32,000 bases of DNA from Planctomycetales bacterium (GCA_022646745.1 CP060262.1:900001-932000); one strand, 5' to 3'. Positions 15,701-24,761 are shown, counted from the stretch's first letter. Numbers and translations: made by a program. Notes: generated by a model not told the origin, from the letters alone.

Positions 15701-16540
15701 AGGCTCTCGCTGAAGAACGTTTTCTTCGCACCCTCCACAGCCCTCACGACCAGCGGCAGCGTGCTGTTCGCCCAGGCAAATGACACCAGCGGATTTGACT
15801 GGGCGGACCCGATCACCGTCGCCAGCCGTGGCAACCTGTTCAGCGCGGTGCTGACCACGGCCAGCGTCAACCCGGCGATCCTGTTCATCGACCGGGGCCC
15901 GACACCGGATGAGATCCGCTTCGTGCGCTCGACCTCCCCCACCGGGGCAACCTGGCCGGCAACGGAGATCACGGCCGCCGTGGCTGATTCCAGCTTTGAC
16001 GACCTGTCGGACATGCAGACCCTGTTCGTGAACGGCCGCCCGGCGGTGTTCTACACACATGATTCAGAATTCACGAACCTGCGTTACGTGCGCGCAGTGA
16101 CTGCGGATGGCAGCAGCTGGGGCACACCGGTGGAGATCCCGGGCAGCCGGCATGATGACGGCTACAGCGTGGCGATCATCGACGGCCGCCCGGCAGTGAC
16201 GGTCGGTGGCTTCTTCGAGGCCCCGCGCTTCATCCGTGCGAATGATGCCGACGGCAGCAGCTGGGGCAGCTCCGTGCTGGTCGATTCCAACAGCGGGCAC
16301 CTGGAGCGCTCGGTGCTCGCCGAGATTGACAACAAGCCTCACGTGTTCTGGGTTGACCGCCAGGGACGCTACATGATGGTGGCCGGCTTATCCAGCAGCG
16401 GTGTCATCTTCGACGACCCACAGGTGATCGGCTTCGGTAAGGTGTTCGACACCCCGCAGGCGCTCCTGAGCTTTGACAATCGCGCAATGGTGATCATCAC
16501 TGACCGGGATGGCAACCTCATCTCACTTACCGAGCAGTAG
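12776..16540 (+). CDS. Large lipoprotein: cohesin-like, dockerin-like pair, FN3-like, 6 PKD domains, Asp-box/GRP-blade beta-propeller (1254 aa)
   Basis: Start at internal ATG 12776 (MSNPIVRFVVLAGCLALASC, lipobox LASC) with GGGAG 6 nt upstream. DYDQNSEVNVADL and DGDRNGELNIADL (13361-13540). Six WDFDGDG-type PKD motifs with about 290-nt period (13820-15490). Asp-box-like TADGSSWG, DADGSSWG, SPTGATW, ISGTEW. Blades VNGRPAVFY, IDGRPAVTV. Confidence 0.9.
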   Translation: MSNPIVRFVVLAGCLALASCGRSGSGLEQAGTAVPDSQQALREPQFSLRQLSADPALGTAELALSTRELSDGSVLASISVSEAKSLRGLFYELDYDAEQYSPVTAQFSSGLAPADQLLTATDMQTAGSLQHGAVIIRALEQDGLTGSASVAEVLFRAQPFEESRAASKAPKSRFSQATLNLDVTAKTLSWGYANEGDYDQNSEVNVADLAPLGTFFQENTGGSGPFPAGSRFFMIDGDRNGELNIADLAPIGTNFQRSCASYNVYRSLDPADIPSGEDQSTIEPLGFVNLADGVSAETGSQLQFSFALEALNSGWFYWVRPCDKKDGAGLEGVASNIVSTGGKPDNEEPTAQLSANPLSGNAPLAVSFDASGSTDSDGTIIQFAWDFDGDGLFDATTTVPTVSNTYQSAGVFTARVQVTDSGAATASAQVEIVASTINNEAPNAALQLNPASGTIPLEVTLDASGTTDDGVIVNHVWDFDGDGDVEATTGSNPIAINTYTAAGNISPKVTVVDNFGLEDSATASLSLVLGPQAPVAVLQGQTEFINSLQFYSAENSTDADGTIVRYQWDLDADGLIDGDTGDSPFININIPPGLHELKLIVTDDEGLTGETSLILRSRNTGSNHMPPFASFTVDPLQGTTAVSRTLDASASTVGDGEDGTLEFRWDFDGNFDVDLVTTEPVTQHTYILGGMITTRLTVRQKNSDGTTDDTTVFEIVPVGDFGLAPLAKLTATPRIGVDPHTVMFDGSGSIDFNGTIEKFEWDIDGDLVVDIDGGTDPTLEQLYTSSGSRTVRLFVTDDDGQLSIASVTVETSDPDNPPPTAALIVSPENGSGPREVTFNATASTDDSQIVSYQFDIDGDGDTDISSEDPLVSVSDLNINGTITASVTVVDDDGGIGIATDTYTITGGFERGTVEEKFFPFDTVSARVNGSGSASVASLIYYNSSSDKVHFSNSADISGTEWDSPGVVFKEDGLRNRLSLKNVFFAPSTALTTSGSVLFAQANDTSGFDWADPITVASRGNLFSAVLTTASVNPAILFIDRGPTPDEIRFVRSTSPTGATWPATEITAAVADSSFDDLSDMQTLFVNGRPAVFYTHDSEFTNLRYVRAVTADGSSWGTPVEIPGSRHDDGYSVAIIDGRPAVTVGGFFEAPRFIRANDADGSSWGSSVLVDSNSGHLERSVLAEIDNKPHVFWVDRQGRYMMVAGLSSSGVIFDDPQVIGFGKVFDTPQALLSFDNRAMVIITDRDGNLISLTEQ

Positions 16541-16546
16541 GCCCGC

Positions 16547-18895
16547 CTACTCGGTCTTCAGTCCGAGCCTGAGCAGGTGCAGCTGGTACTCCGACTCTCC
16601 GGCGGTGCTCCTGCTCTCATTCAGTGCATGCACCTGCCCGTCGAACATGACAGCGTGGATGCCGATGTCAAGGAACTGGTTGATGTTGCGGTCCAGCTCA
16701 TTGGGGAACATTTCCCCGTAGGTCCACAGTTCGAACTTCATACTGCCGAACTGCGTCAGCCGTGGCCGCAGCAGCTCGGGCCAGTCCACATCAGCGTTGC
16801 GCAGCAGGATGAGCGGCACGTCATCATCTGCAATCAAAAGGGCCAGGTCGCGCACCCGCTTGTCACTCGTGTCAAGCACCGAATAGTGTTCCCAGCCCGC
16901 ACCTGATTCCGGAATCGCCTCATTGTCCTGCAGCAGGTAGCCGACCTGCACGAGCTCCTCAGTCTCACCATACAGGTATGCTGCCTGGAATCGCTCGTTG
17001 GCAACCAGCACATCCACCGCCTTGGCCGGCGGAGTGCCGAAGAAACCGACGGCGTTGTGGATACTGAAATCAAGGGCTGTTTCCGGGAATGCGTCGTCTG
17101 CAATGAAGAACCGCACTGAGTCATCCGCCAGGTACATGCCGGCCGGCCGGCCATCCAGCTCGGTGAAGTCAAAGGCCAGCGGCAGGCTGCCCTTGGGGGA
17201 GCTCAGGAGTTCCACCACAGTCCAGTCGGATGCCTGCTGGGGATCCGGCACATTTGCATAGGCGTAATAAAGTCCATCAGTGGAGATGTCGATCTGTGCG
17301 GCGAACATAACCGCCAGCCTGCCGTCCACGACCTCCATGCTGAGCATGCTGCCCAGCGGGCTGGATTCATGCACCGGCACCGTGCTGAAGCTGCCCCCGT
17401 CCGTCGGGTTGGCACTGCTGCCCCGTGCCACGTACAGGCCCGGCTCAGCGTGCAGGAAGCTCGCGTTCAGGTATGCGACCCAGGGCCGGCCGCCGAGGTT
17501 GGCAATCTCCGGGTGGCTGGCAACCTGCGTATCCGCCACCTTGACCGAGCTCAGGCCCTCGCCGTTCACAAGGTATTCGATCATCGTATCGGCCTCACTG
17601 TAGACCACGAAGCAGGCCTGTCCCACGGAGGGATCCGCCGGCCCGGCGAGGTTGGAGAAGAACCCGTCGTCAGGGTTGCCACCGATCAGCTGCTCAGCAC
17701 TCCATTCAGCGATGCAGCCTGTCGTGGGTTCGCTTTCGATGCTCGGGCCACTCGGGCCGTTTACAATCGCGGTGTAGCTGTGCGCGCCGGGAATCGGCTC
17801 CAGCGCGTCACTGAAGTCGTCGACGACCACCTGGCCGTTGTTGGTCAGCAGCTCCACGTCATCCAGCACCAGTTCGCCGTTGCGGAACAGGTCAAGCGAT
17901 AAACCGACTGGCACGTCGCTGATCTCAACCTGCAGTTCCACCCTGTCAGTCAGGGCTCGCTGTGTCGTCGTCAGGCGGGGCTGCGGGGTCTGGCGGAAAC
18001 CCACCTTGGGATCGCTGAACCCGCTGGTCTCCAGCCCGGCATTTGCACGGACCCGGTACTCGTAGTGCACGCCGTAATCCGCACCCTTGCCGACGGGGAA
18101 GTCAGCGGAATGTGAGAAGGAGCTGAAACTGCCAACCGGGATATTGATCAGCAGTTCGTAGCTGCTGTCCGGCTGCGCCTCCTCCTTGTAAAACAGGTCG
18201 TAGCTTTCCGCTCCCGGCACCCCGGAGAATGTCATGAAGATGCTGCCTTCGCTCAGGCCCTGGGCTACGAAATCAATGACTGGGATGCCAAGCGCCTGTT
18301 CCAGCCGGAAGTCCAGCTGCTCAATGACGCAGTCGGTGGTTTCCGACCCATCTGCAATCACCGCGATGTACACGTTGCCGGCAGGACTGATGTAGTCCGC
18401 ACCACTGAAGTCACCGCTGAGGTCGACATTCATGGCACTGCCCGGTGCTGTGCGCGTGAACAGCTGCCAGCGACCGGCACTGAAGTCCGCGAAGCCGAAG
18501 AAGTAGCTGGCATTGGTAGTGAGCTCCGACATCACGATGTTGATCTCGCTGAAGGAGACCCCCGGGTCGATGCTGCTGACCTGGTAGATTGCATACTTCA
18601 GGTCATCCGCATCCGCCGGCGTCAGGCGCATGAAGAAGGGGGCTTCCTGCACGCCATTGAAGTCAAAGGCTGAACCGCCGCCGATGGAGAATTCAAGCAG
18701 CACCGAACTTTCCCGGCTGAGGGCTGGATCAACTGGCAGGTCAAGCGGCAGGGCCGGCAGGCCATCGAGCGTGGCTGGTCCAGTGCTGGTGCTGGCCAGG
18801 CTTGTCTCAACCTGCTGCGGGCCATCTGAACCGCAGCCCGCTGCGCAAAGCAGGATGAGCATGAACAAAGGCAGAAAGGAGCTGGTGCGTGCCAT
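16547..18895 (-). CDS. Lipoprotein, family C2 (782 aa)
   Basis: MARTSSFLPLFMLILLCAAGC lipobox, with GGAGAG before the ATG. KYAIYQV and FADFSAGRWQL. LTDRVELQV...LFRNG. Blades LGGRPWVAY, VDGRLAVMF, LDGRPAGMY. TAG at 16547-16549. Confidence 0.9.
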   Translation of the reverse strand: MARTSSFLPLFMLILLCAAGCGSDGPQQVETSLASTSTGPATLDGLPALPLDLPVDPALSRESSVLLEFSIGGGSAFDFNGVQEAPFFMRLTPADADDLKYAIYQVSSIDPGVSFSEINIVMSELTTNASYFFGFADFSAGRWQLFTRTAPGSAMNVDLSGDFSGADYISPAGNVYIAVIADGSETTDCVIEQLDFRLEQALGIPVIDFVAQGLSEGSIFMTFSGVPGAESYDLFYKEEAQPDSSYELLINIPVGSFSSFSHSADFPVGKGADYGVHYEYRVRANAGLETSGFSDPKVGFRQTPQPRLTTTQRALTDRVELQVEISDVPVGLSLDLFRNGELVLDDVELLTNNGQVVVDDFSDALEPIPGAHSYTAIVNGPSGPSIESEPTTGCIAEWSAEQLIGGNPDDGFFSNLAGPADPSVGQACFVVYSEADTMIEYLVNGEGLSSVKVADTQVASHPEIANLGGRPWVAYLNASFLHAEPGLYVARGSSANPTDGGSFSTVPVHESSPLGSMLSMEVVDGRLAVMFAAQIDISTDGLYYAYANVPDPQQASDWTVVELLSSPKGSLPLAFDFTELDGRPAGMYLADDSVRFFIADDAFPETALDFSIHNAVGFFGTPPAKAVDVLVANERFQAAYLYGETEELVQVGYLLQDNEAIPESGAGWEHYSVLDTSDKRVRDLALLIADDDVPLILLRNADVDWPELLRPRLTQFGSMKFELWTYGEMFPNELDRNINQFLDIGIHAVMFDGQVHALNESRSTAGESEYQLHLLRLGLKTE

Positions 18896-18925
18896 GGAGC
18901 TCTCCGGGAAATCTCAGCTTGTCTC

Positions 18926-18955
18926 AATTCTATGCCGAAGGACTGGGACACGTCA
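18926..18955 (-). promoter_or_regulatory. Candidate sigma70-type promoter for 16547-18895
   Basis: On the minus strand: TTGACG (18950-18955), 18-nt spacer, TAGAAT (18926-18931). About 30 nt upstream of ATG 18895. Confidence 0.35.
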
Positions 18956-19095
18956 AACCACACACTTCTGCCAACATCCATCTGCACAGTGCCTGCCGGC
19001 CTGCAGGATCCCTGCATCCGGGCACTGTCCCTCAGCCAGCTAAGTTGCGAGCCATGTCCCTAAAGGCTCCTGTGCCGCTTGAATGATGAATCCCG

Positions 19096-20934
19096 TTACA
19101 GGCTCAGGCGCATCACCAGCGTGTCGTCATACTGACCCGGGACGTCCTCCAGACCGCTGCCTTCCAGCACGGTGACACCTTCCACGTCGGATGGGATGGC
19201 CGTCACATCCGTGATCTCCAGCACCACATCAGTGATGTCGCCACCGATGTCGTGGCTGCTGACACTGGCGGGTACGAGGGTCAGGCCCGTGATGTCGCGA
19301 GTGCTGCCGGCGGCATAGATGCTGCCGGCCGGACCCATCATCAGCAAGGCCCGGTGCCGGTCGTGGTTGTAGTCACTCTGCACAAGCACATCCAGTGGGT
19401 TCGTTCCGGTGATGTCCCAGGCTCCGGTAAAGGAGCCGTCCGGGGCGAAGCGGCCGAGGTTGAAGCTTTCATTGATCTTGCGGCCCAGGATGAAGAGCGA
19501 GCCATCGGAAGCAATGGCCGAGCCTAGCGCGATTGTGCCCTGGATGGCCGGCAGGCTGCCCACACCGCTGTGCCAGACCGGATCAGACAGGTCGGCCTTG
19601 AAGCTGAGCTGCTTGTGCAGGGTGACGAACTGGCCGTCAATGTGGTCCTGCGACAGGCCGGAGAGGTAGACCCGGCCGTTGCCTGCCGTGATCGTCTCGG
19701 ATCCGAAGGCAGCAAACACCGGCTCGTCCCCCGTATCGATGTAGAGTTTGCTGCCGATCAGGTTGGCATCCTTGTCAAAGGCGATCAGCATCGGGTACTT
19801 GGCCTCGAAGCCCGATGCGGTCTCGTTGTCATCTAGCACGAACACGTCCGTGCCGAGCACTGCCATCTCCACATCCGGCGTGAAGAAGGCATGTGGCCAC
19901 TGCTTGCCCCAGATCTGGTTGCCATCCTGGTCGAACTTGAGCACGCAACCCCTGTCATCCTCACTCCAGACGTCATGTGTGCCGCTGAGCAGCAGGTTGC
20001 CATCGCTGTCCATGCGCATGCGCCACTGATCCCCGCGGCCCACCAGTTCATAGGTCTTTGCCCAGATGAGCGCGCCATCGCTGTCCAGCTTGAACATCTC
20101 GAGGTCGCCGTCAACCACCACTACGTAGATGTTGCCGCTGGAATCCACCACGATGTCGTCCACATAGATCGAATCAGTCCAGCGGATCGTCTTCGCCAGG
20201 GTGCGCATGCCGTCCTTGTCATAGCGCAGCACCAGCGCGAAGTCATCGCTGGAATTGTCGCCGCGCACACGTGTGCTGGCCGTGTAGACATTGCCATCCG
20301 CATCAGCTGTGACACCCTGCAGCACCTCGAAGTAGTCGTTGCCGAACTCATCGGTCTGCTCACCGTAGCTGTGCACCCAGTCCGGCGTGACCGGCGAGGG
20401 AGATGACAGCGTGACTGAATTGACAACTGCCTCCTTGCCCCCGTGGCAGAGGATGGCGACATATGTGTGCGTGCCGTTGCTGAGGTCGTCCGAGATCGAG
20501 CCGAGGTCCATGATGTGGCTGGACTCGTAGGGTCCGCTGAAGTCCCAGCGGCCCGTGCTGTAATTGCTGATGGCGATGTAATACCCGGTCACGAACTCGA
20601 CTTCCGCCTCCAGGGTCTGCAGGCGCGGTTCGACCGTGGTGTCGAACTGGTACATCACCCACTGGCTTTCGCCGGCGGCCGTGTCAAGCTCAGCCTTGTT
20701 GCCATTGAGCACAGACCCGTCACTCTTGAGGAAGGTCATCTCCCCGGACTTCGTCTGCACGGCAGCCACGCTGCGCGGGGCATCCGCCGGGACTGGCAGC
20801 TGGGGCAGGGCGGACTGCATGTCCGTATGCTGCGTGAACCCGAGTGAGCCGTTGCCATTGCCCTGAGAGCATGCGCTGAGGATGCATGCCGCCGCAAGAG
20901 TGATGGCGTACTGGAATATGCCTCTGCCGATCAT
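19096..20934 (-). CDS. Lipoprotein: shared N-module plus SBBP/NHL-like beta-propeller (family B2, 612 aa)
   Basis: MIGRGIFQYAITLAAACILSAC lipobox. WVMYQF and ISNYSTGRWDF. YVAILCHGG and PDWVHSYG as in B1. Blades DADGNVYTAS, DSSGNIYVVV, DSDGNLLLSG. TAA at 19096-19098. Confidence 0.9.
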   Translation of the reverse strand: MIGRGIFQYAITLAAACILSACSQGNGNGSLGFTQHTDMQSALPQLPVPADAPRSVAAVQTKSGEMTFLKSDGSVLNGNKAELDTAAGESQWVMYQFDTTVEPRLQTLEAEVEFVTGYYIAISNYSTGRWDFSGPYESSHIMDLGSISDDLSNGTHTYVAILCHGGKEAVVNSVTLSSPSPVTPDWVHSYGEQTDEFGNDYFEVLQGVTADADGNVYTASTRVRGDNSSDDFALVLRYDKDGMRTLAKTIRWTDSIYVDDIVVDSSGNIYVVVVDGDLEMFKLDSDGALIWAKTYELVGRGDQWRMRMDSDGNLLLSGTHDVWSEDDRGCVLKFDQDGNQIWGKQWPHAFFTPDVEMAVLGTDVFVLDDNETASGFEAKYPMLIAFDKDANLIGSKLYIDTGDEPVFAAFGSETITAGNGRVYLSGLSQDHIDGQFVTLHKQLSFKADLSDPVWHSGVGSLPAIQGTIALGSAIASDGSLFILGRKINESFNLGRFAPDGSFTGAWDITGTNPLDVLVQSDYNHDRHRALLMMGPAGSIYAAGSTRDITGLTLVPASVSSHDIGGDITDVVLEITDVTAIPSDVEGVTVLEGSGLEDVPGQYDDTLVMRLSL

Positions 20935-20967
20935 TGTCAGACCCCGCTTTGTAATGTTCAGACTGAC

Positions 20968-20973
20968 ATTATA
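20968..20973 (-). promoter_or_regulatory. Perfect TATAAT (-10) in the AT-rich gap upstream of 19096-20934
   Basis: Plus strand ATTATA at 20968-20973, 34 nt upstream of ATG 20934. No convincing -35 hexamer. Confidence 0.35.
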
Positions 20974-21089
20974 GTTTGGCGAGAAGCTGTCTGACTGAAA
21001 ATCAGGGATGATCCGTCTCAGTTACTGTTGCCAATTGGAACCGGAAGGCGGTGTTAATCAATATTTAACCTAACCTCATTCCATCGGGC

Positions 21090-23453
21090 CTAGAACGGCA
21101 GCTCCTTGGTCTGCACCACGTACTGCACGAAGCGGCGCTCATCACCGGGGTTGTTGTCAAACACATTGCCGGTCATCAGCAGCAGCTCGCCGATCGCCAG
21201 CAGGTTCGGCGGGCCGATGATGTCCTCGTACTCGTTGCTCACATCCAGCTCGAACTCGATCCAGCGCTTGTAATCCAGCCCGCGGCCGGTATCCTCGCCA
21301 AGCGGCACGAACAGGCGCGGATAGCCAATCACACCGTCATTCAGTGCGGCCAGCGGCATGCCGTTGTGGAACAGCAGCGACACTCCCTCCGCACGCTGCC
21401 CGCCGAGGTCCGCGATCAGCGAACCGTACCAGTGGGCGGAGTTGTCCGGATCCGGCACCTGACTGCTGATGCCGGCCAGCAGGCAGTCGGTCTCCCCGTT
21501 GCCAATTCCGGCCACGGCATGCAGCCGGCCCTCGTACACCTGCAAGTCCAGGCTCTGCGTGGTGCCGTAGCTCTGCAGGGTGTCAATCACCAGGTGTTCG
21601 GTCCAGTCATCCGGGCCCTGCGGAGGCAGCACTCCGGCATGCGTGGCGTACAGCCGCGAGGTGCCCTGGATGCCCAGCCCGTACATCACATAGGGCAGGC
21701 CCTGGTAGTCCACCAGGTCGAAGCTCAGCGGCTGCTCCACACCGTCGGCGTAGTACTGCACCTGGCTGAGCTGTACGTCGTCAACATTCCCGTCTGAGGG
21801 GTCGGGGATCCAGCAGAAGTCCATCTCAGAATCGTTGAAGTCAGGGCCGTCCTTGGCGTAGAGGATGCCAATCCCGCCATCGAAGGCGCTCATCGCAATG
21901 TAGTTGGCGTAGACCCGTCCCTCATCCAGCAGGATGGTGTTCCAGTCCTCATCGGCTGTCGGCACCAGCGTGTCCGGCCAGGCCAGGTACAGGCCGACAT
22001 TGGCCAGACCCGCCTCAGCATCGTCGTTGGCGTATGCGATGAACGGCCGGCCCATGTAGTCCAGCGTGGCCATCGCCGCCTCACTGCTCTCCATCGAGAC
22101 CGTGGTGACCTGTTCGACCGCCGGGAAGCCCGCCACGAAGGGGTCCGCATGCAGGAACTCAAGCTCAAGGTCCTCGGAGTCGTAGTAGGCAAAGCCGACC
22201 TGGCGGCCCTCCGGCGGGCCGAATTCAAGCGCGGAGCCGAAGAACTGCGGGTTGCCAAGCGAGGCAATCAGCGAACCGGAGCCGGAATCACCACGGCAGC
22301 CCTTGTCCTTCGGGCCGGGCTCGCTGGAGCCGTTGTCACCATTGATCACGATGTAGTACTCATGTTCCAGCATGTCCGGCACTGTGTCATCCGCCCAGGA
22401 CATGAACTGCTCGAAGCCGGGTGGGATCGAGAGCGGGTCATCGTCGGCGATCTGCACGCCGTCGCGGAACACGTCAACAGTCGCGTTGTCCTCGAAGGTG
22501 ACCGGGAACCACAGCTCGACGCGGTCCGGGAACATGCGGTCCGTTGCCATCATGTAGGTCGGCGCCGGGGTGCGCCGGTAGCCGCTGTCCGTATTGCTGA
22601 ATTCGCTGAAATCACTGCCCATCCGGCCGCGCACGCGGTAGTCGTAGTCAACATCGTAGAGGCAGGGCGGTGCGTCGTCATCATTGTGGTTGACCGTCTG
22701 GCTGCCGCCTTCGACCGTCTTCAGGAGCGTCCAGGCCTCATCGCCCTCGCTGGAGAGCTTGTAGAACACCTGGTACTCCTCCGCATTCGGTGCGAGGTTC
22801 CAGTTGAGCTGCACGCGGTCGCTGTACCAGGCGTCGCTGGCGGTGAAGTTCAACGGCGGCGTCAGGCCGCCATCCGCGCTGACGACGATCTTCTCGATCT
22901 CCGCGGACTGCCCCGCCCCCTGCAGCAGCACTGCCAGGTAGAAGGTGTAACCCGCACTGACATGCCGTGCCGGGTCGAACTGCTCACGCAGCTGGTAGAA
23001 ATCCTGCCCGGGATCGATCGGCACCGAGCTGAAGTCCCAGCGCCCGCTCGAATAGTCCGCCAGGCCAAAGTACAGCGTGCCGGCCTCGCTCTGGGCCTGC
23101 ATGTGCACCTCGAGTGCGGTGACGATCGCGGTAGGGTCCACCCCGCCGAGGCGGTAGATCGCATAGCGGATGCCCTCATCCTCCGGATAGAGCGCATAGG
23201 AAGCCGGGAACAGGATCGTACCGTTGCCGTCGAACACCAGCCCCCCAAGCTGCTCATAGCTGAAGATCGCACTGGCCTCGCGCGCGGCATCCTCACTGAA
23301 TTCATCAAGCGGGATGGCAGGCAGGGCCGACAGCAGGGCCGGTTCCGGCAGCCAGCCGGGGACAGCCAGGCTTTCCGCGTTGTGGCGGGATCCCCCGCAG
23401 GCGCCAATCAGGACCATGCAGGACAGCAGTATCGTGCTCAGGGCGAGTCTCAT
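21090..23453 (-). CDS. Lipoprotein, family C3 (787 aa)
   Basis: Start at ATG 23451-23453 (MRLALSTILLSCMVLIGAC) with GGAG 7 nt upstream. RYAIYRL and LADYSSGRWDF. TASDAWYSDRVQLNW and PDRVELWF...VFRDG. Blades YMGRPFIAY, YEGRLHAVA, HNGMPLAAL. TAG at 21090-21092. Confidence 0.9.
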   Translation of the reverse strand: MRLALSTILLSCMVLIGACGGSRHNAESLAVPGWLPEPALLSALPAIPLDEFSEDAAREASAIFSYEQLGGLVFDGNGTILFPASYALYPEDEGIRYAIYRLGGVDPTAIVTALEVHMQAQSEAGTLYFGLADYSSGRWDFSSVPIDPGQDFYQLREQFDPARHVSAGYTFYLAVLLQGAGQSAEIEKIVVSADGGLTPPLNFTASDAWYSDRVQLNWNLAPNAEEYQVFYKLSSEGDEAWTLLKTVEGGSQTVNHNDDDAPPCLYDVDYDYRVRGRMGSDFSEFSNTDSGYRRTPAPTYMMATDRMFPDRVELWFPVTFEDNATVDVFRDGVQIADDDPLSIPPGFEQFMSWADDTVPDMLEHEYYIVINGDNGSSEPGPKDKGCRGDSGSGSLIASLGNPQFFGSALEFGPPEGRQVGFAYYDSEDLELEFLHADPFVAGFPAVEQVTTVSMESSEAAMATLDYMGRPFIAYANDDAEAGLANVGLYLAWPDTLVPTADEDWNTILLDEGRVYANYIAMSAFDGGIGILYAKDGPDFNDSEMDFCWIPDPSDGNVDDVQLSQVQYYADGVEQPLSFDLVDYQGLPYVMYGLGIQGTSRLYATHAGVLPPQGPDDWTEHLVIDTLQSYGTTQSLDLQVYEGRLHAVAGIGNGETDCLLAGISSQVPDPDNSAHWYGSLIADLGGQRAEGVSLLFHNGMPLAALNDGVIGYPRLFVPLGEDTGRGLDYKRWIEFELDVSNEYEDIIGPPNLLAIGELLLMTGNVFDNNPGDERRFVQYVVQTKELPF

Positions 23454-23534
23454 ATTCACTCCAGAATGCAACATCAGCAGATTGCCCACAGCGCCTCATG
23501 CGCCCGGTGGCCACTTCAGCAGCCTGCTTCAATT

Positions 23535-24719
23535 CTAGCGTGAGTCGGCGTCCTGTGCAGCTGTCGCCGTTCCATCGGCATTGAGCGTGGCCAGCTGCTC
23601 GTCAACCATGCGCGTGGTCAGCTTGCGTGCGCCGTCGTCACCGCAATTGACAACGGCGGCCGCCGCACAGTGCCGGGTATGGCTCAGCACCGTGTGGATG
23701 TAGAAGGTGCCGGCGCTGCCGTCATGCGTGGAGATCCGTTCATGCAGCGGGCCCTGCGGGGTTTCGACGTCGCGCTCCAGCACGATCCAGCCGCAGGCGT
23801 AATGCCCGCTGGGCTCATGCAGGAAGGCGAAACTATCCGCGCTGAGCAGGCTGGGGCTGCCGGACAGGCCGTCGATATGCAGCTGCAGGAACTTCGCGTA
23901 CTCGCCGAGCGGCATGCTCAGGTCACCGGCCGGCGCGATCTCCGGCGGCATGGAGTAGCCCTGCAGGCGGCCATAGGGGAACACCTTGCTGCCGCGGATG
24001 GTGTAGCCGGTCGGCTCTGCCGCGTCGTGGTCCAGCGGCCAGCCCAGCTGCACCTGCATCCCGAGCGGATCAAACAGCCGCTGCTGCATCAGCTCCTCCC
24101 AGGACTGCCCGCTGCGCTCCTCGGCCATCGCACTGGCAACGCAGTATCCGGCATTGCTGTAGAGGTACAGCCCACGCCGGCCGGCTGGCTCCTGCGCCAG
24201 CAGCCACTGCGCGAAGGACAGCCGGCGCTCGCGGCTGCCGCCCTCCCGCTCAGGCACGGCCTTCCACTCGGAGCCGGCTGTGAAGGCCTGGATCCCGCTG
24301 CGGTGCGTGAGCAGCTCATGCAGGCTGGCTTCGCGCATCGCCTCATTGAAGGTGGCGGACTGCTCCGGCCAGACCTCGCTTACCGTGGTGTCCCAGTCGA
24401 GCAGGCCTTCCTCAACGAGCGCCGCGATCATCGTGGCGGTCATCGCCTTGGTGTTGGAACCGATGTGGAAGTAGCTGTCCGCCGTGACCTGGACCGCACT
24501 GTCCTTTGCCAACGGTCCCTTGACTGAAATTTCCGCTGCCCCATTGGCCAGCAGCAGGCTGCCGATTGCCAGGCTGTCCGCATCGAGCTGCAGCTCAGCA
24601 GCACGGGTGCTGATGCTGGCAACAACCAGCACCACGACACTGAGCGTGATGATCGCCGGCCACAGCCAGCGCGGCCGCTTGCGCCTGCGTCCACTGCTAT
24701 CCACTGCCTGGTCCATCAC
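23535..24719 (-). CDS. Membrane-anchored serine hydrolase, beta-lactamase/transpeptidase-like fold (394 aa)
   Basis: N-terminal TM WLWPAIITLSVVVLVVASI. S-x-x-K reads as S-N-T-K (HIGSNTKAMT). Y-x-N reads as YSNAGY. GTG 24719 or ATG 24716 as start. TAG at 23535-23537. Confidence 0.9.
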   Translation of the reverse strand: MMDQAVDSSGRRRKRPRWLWPAIITLSVVVLVVASISTRAAELQLDADSLAIGSLLLANGAAEISVKGPLAKDSAVQVTADSYFHIGSNTKAMTATMIAALVEEGLLDWDTTVSEVWPEQSATFNEAMREASLHELLTHRSGIQAFTAGSEWKAVPEREGGSRERRLSFAQWLLAQEPAGRRGLYLYSNAGYCVASAMAEERSGQSWEELMQQRLFDPLGMQVQLGWPLDHDAAEPTGYTIRGSKVFPYGRLQGYSMPPEIAPAGDLSMPLGEYAKFLQLHIDGLSGSPSLLSADSFAFLHEPSGHYACGWIVLERDVETPQGPLHERISTHDGSAGTFYIHTVLSHTRHCAAAAVVNCGDDGARKLTTRMVDEQLATLNADGTATAAQDADSR

Positions 24720-24761
24720 TCCAGCATAGCGCCGGACTTGAGCTGCCTGCTGCAGCGGGCA

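Noticed and set aside
16538-16549. Palindrome GTAGGC-CC-GCCTAC formed by the two convergent stop codons, as a bidirectional terminator
   Set aside because: It has a 6-bp stem with a 2-nt loop, which cannot form a stable hairpin. It is most likely a coincidence of TAG/CTA facing each other.
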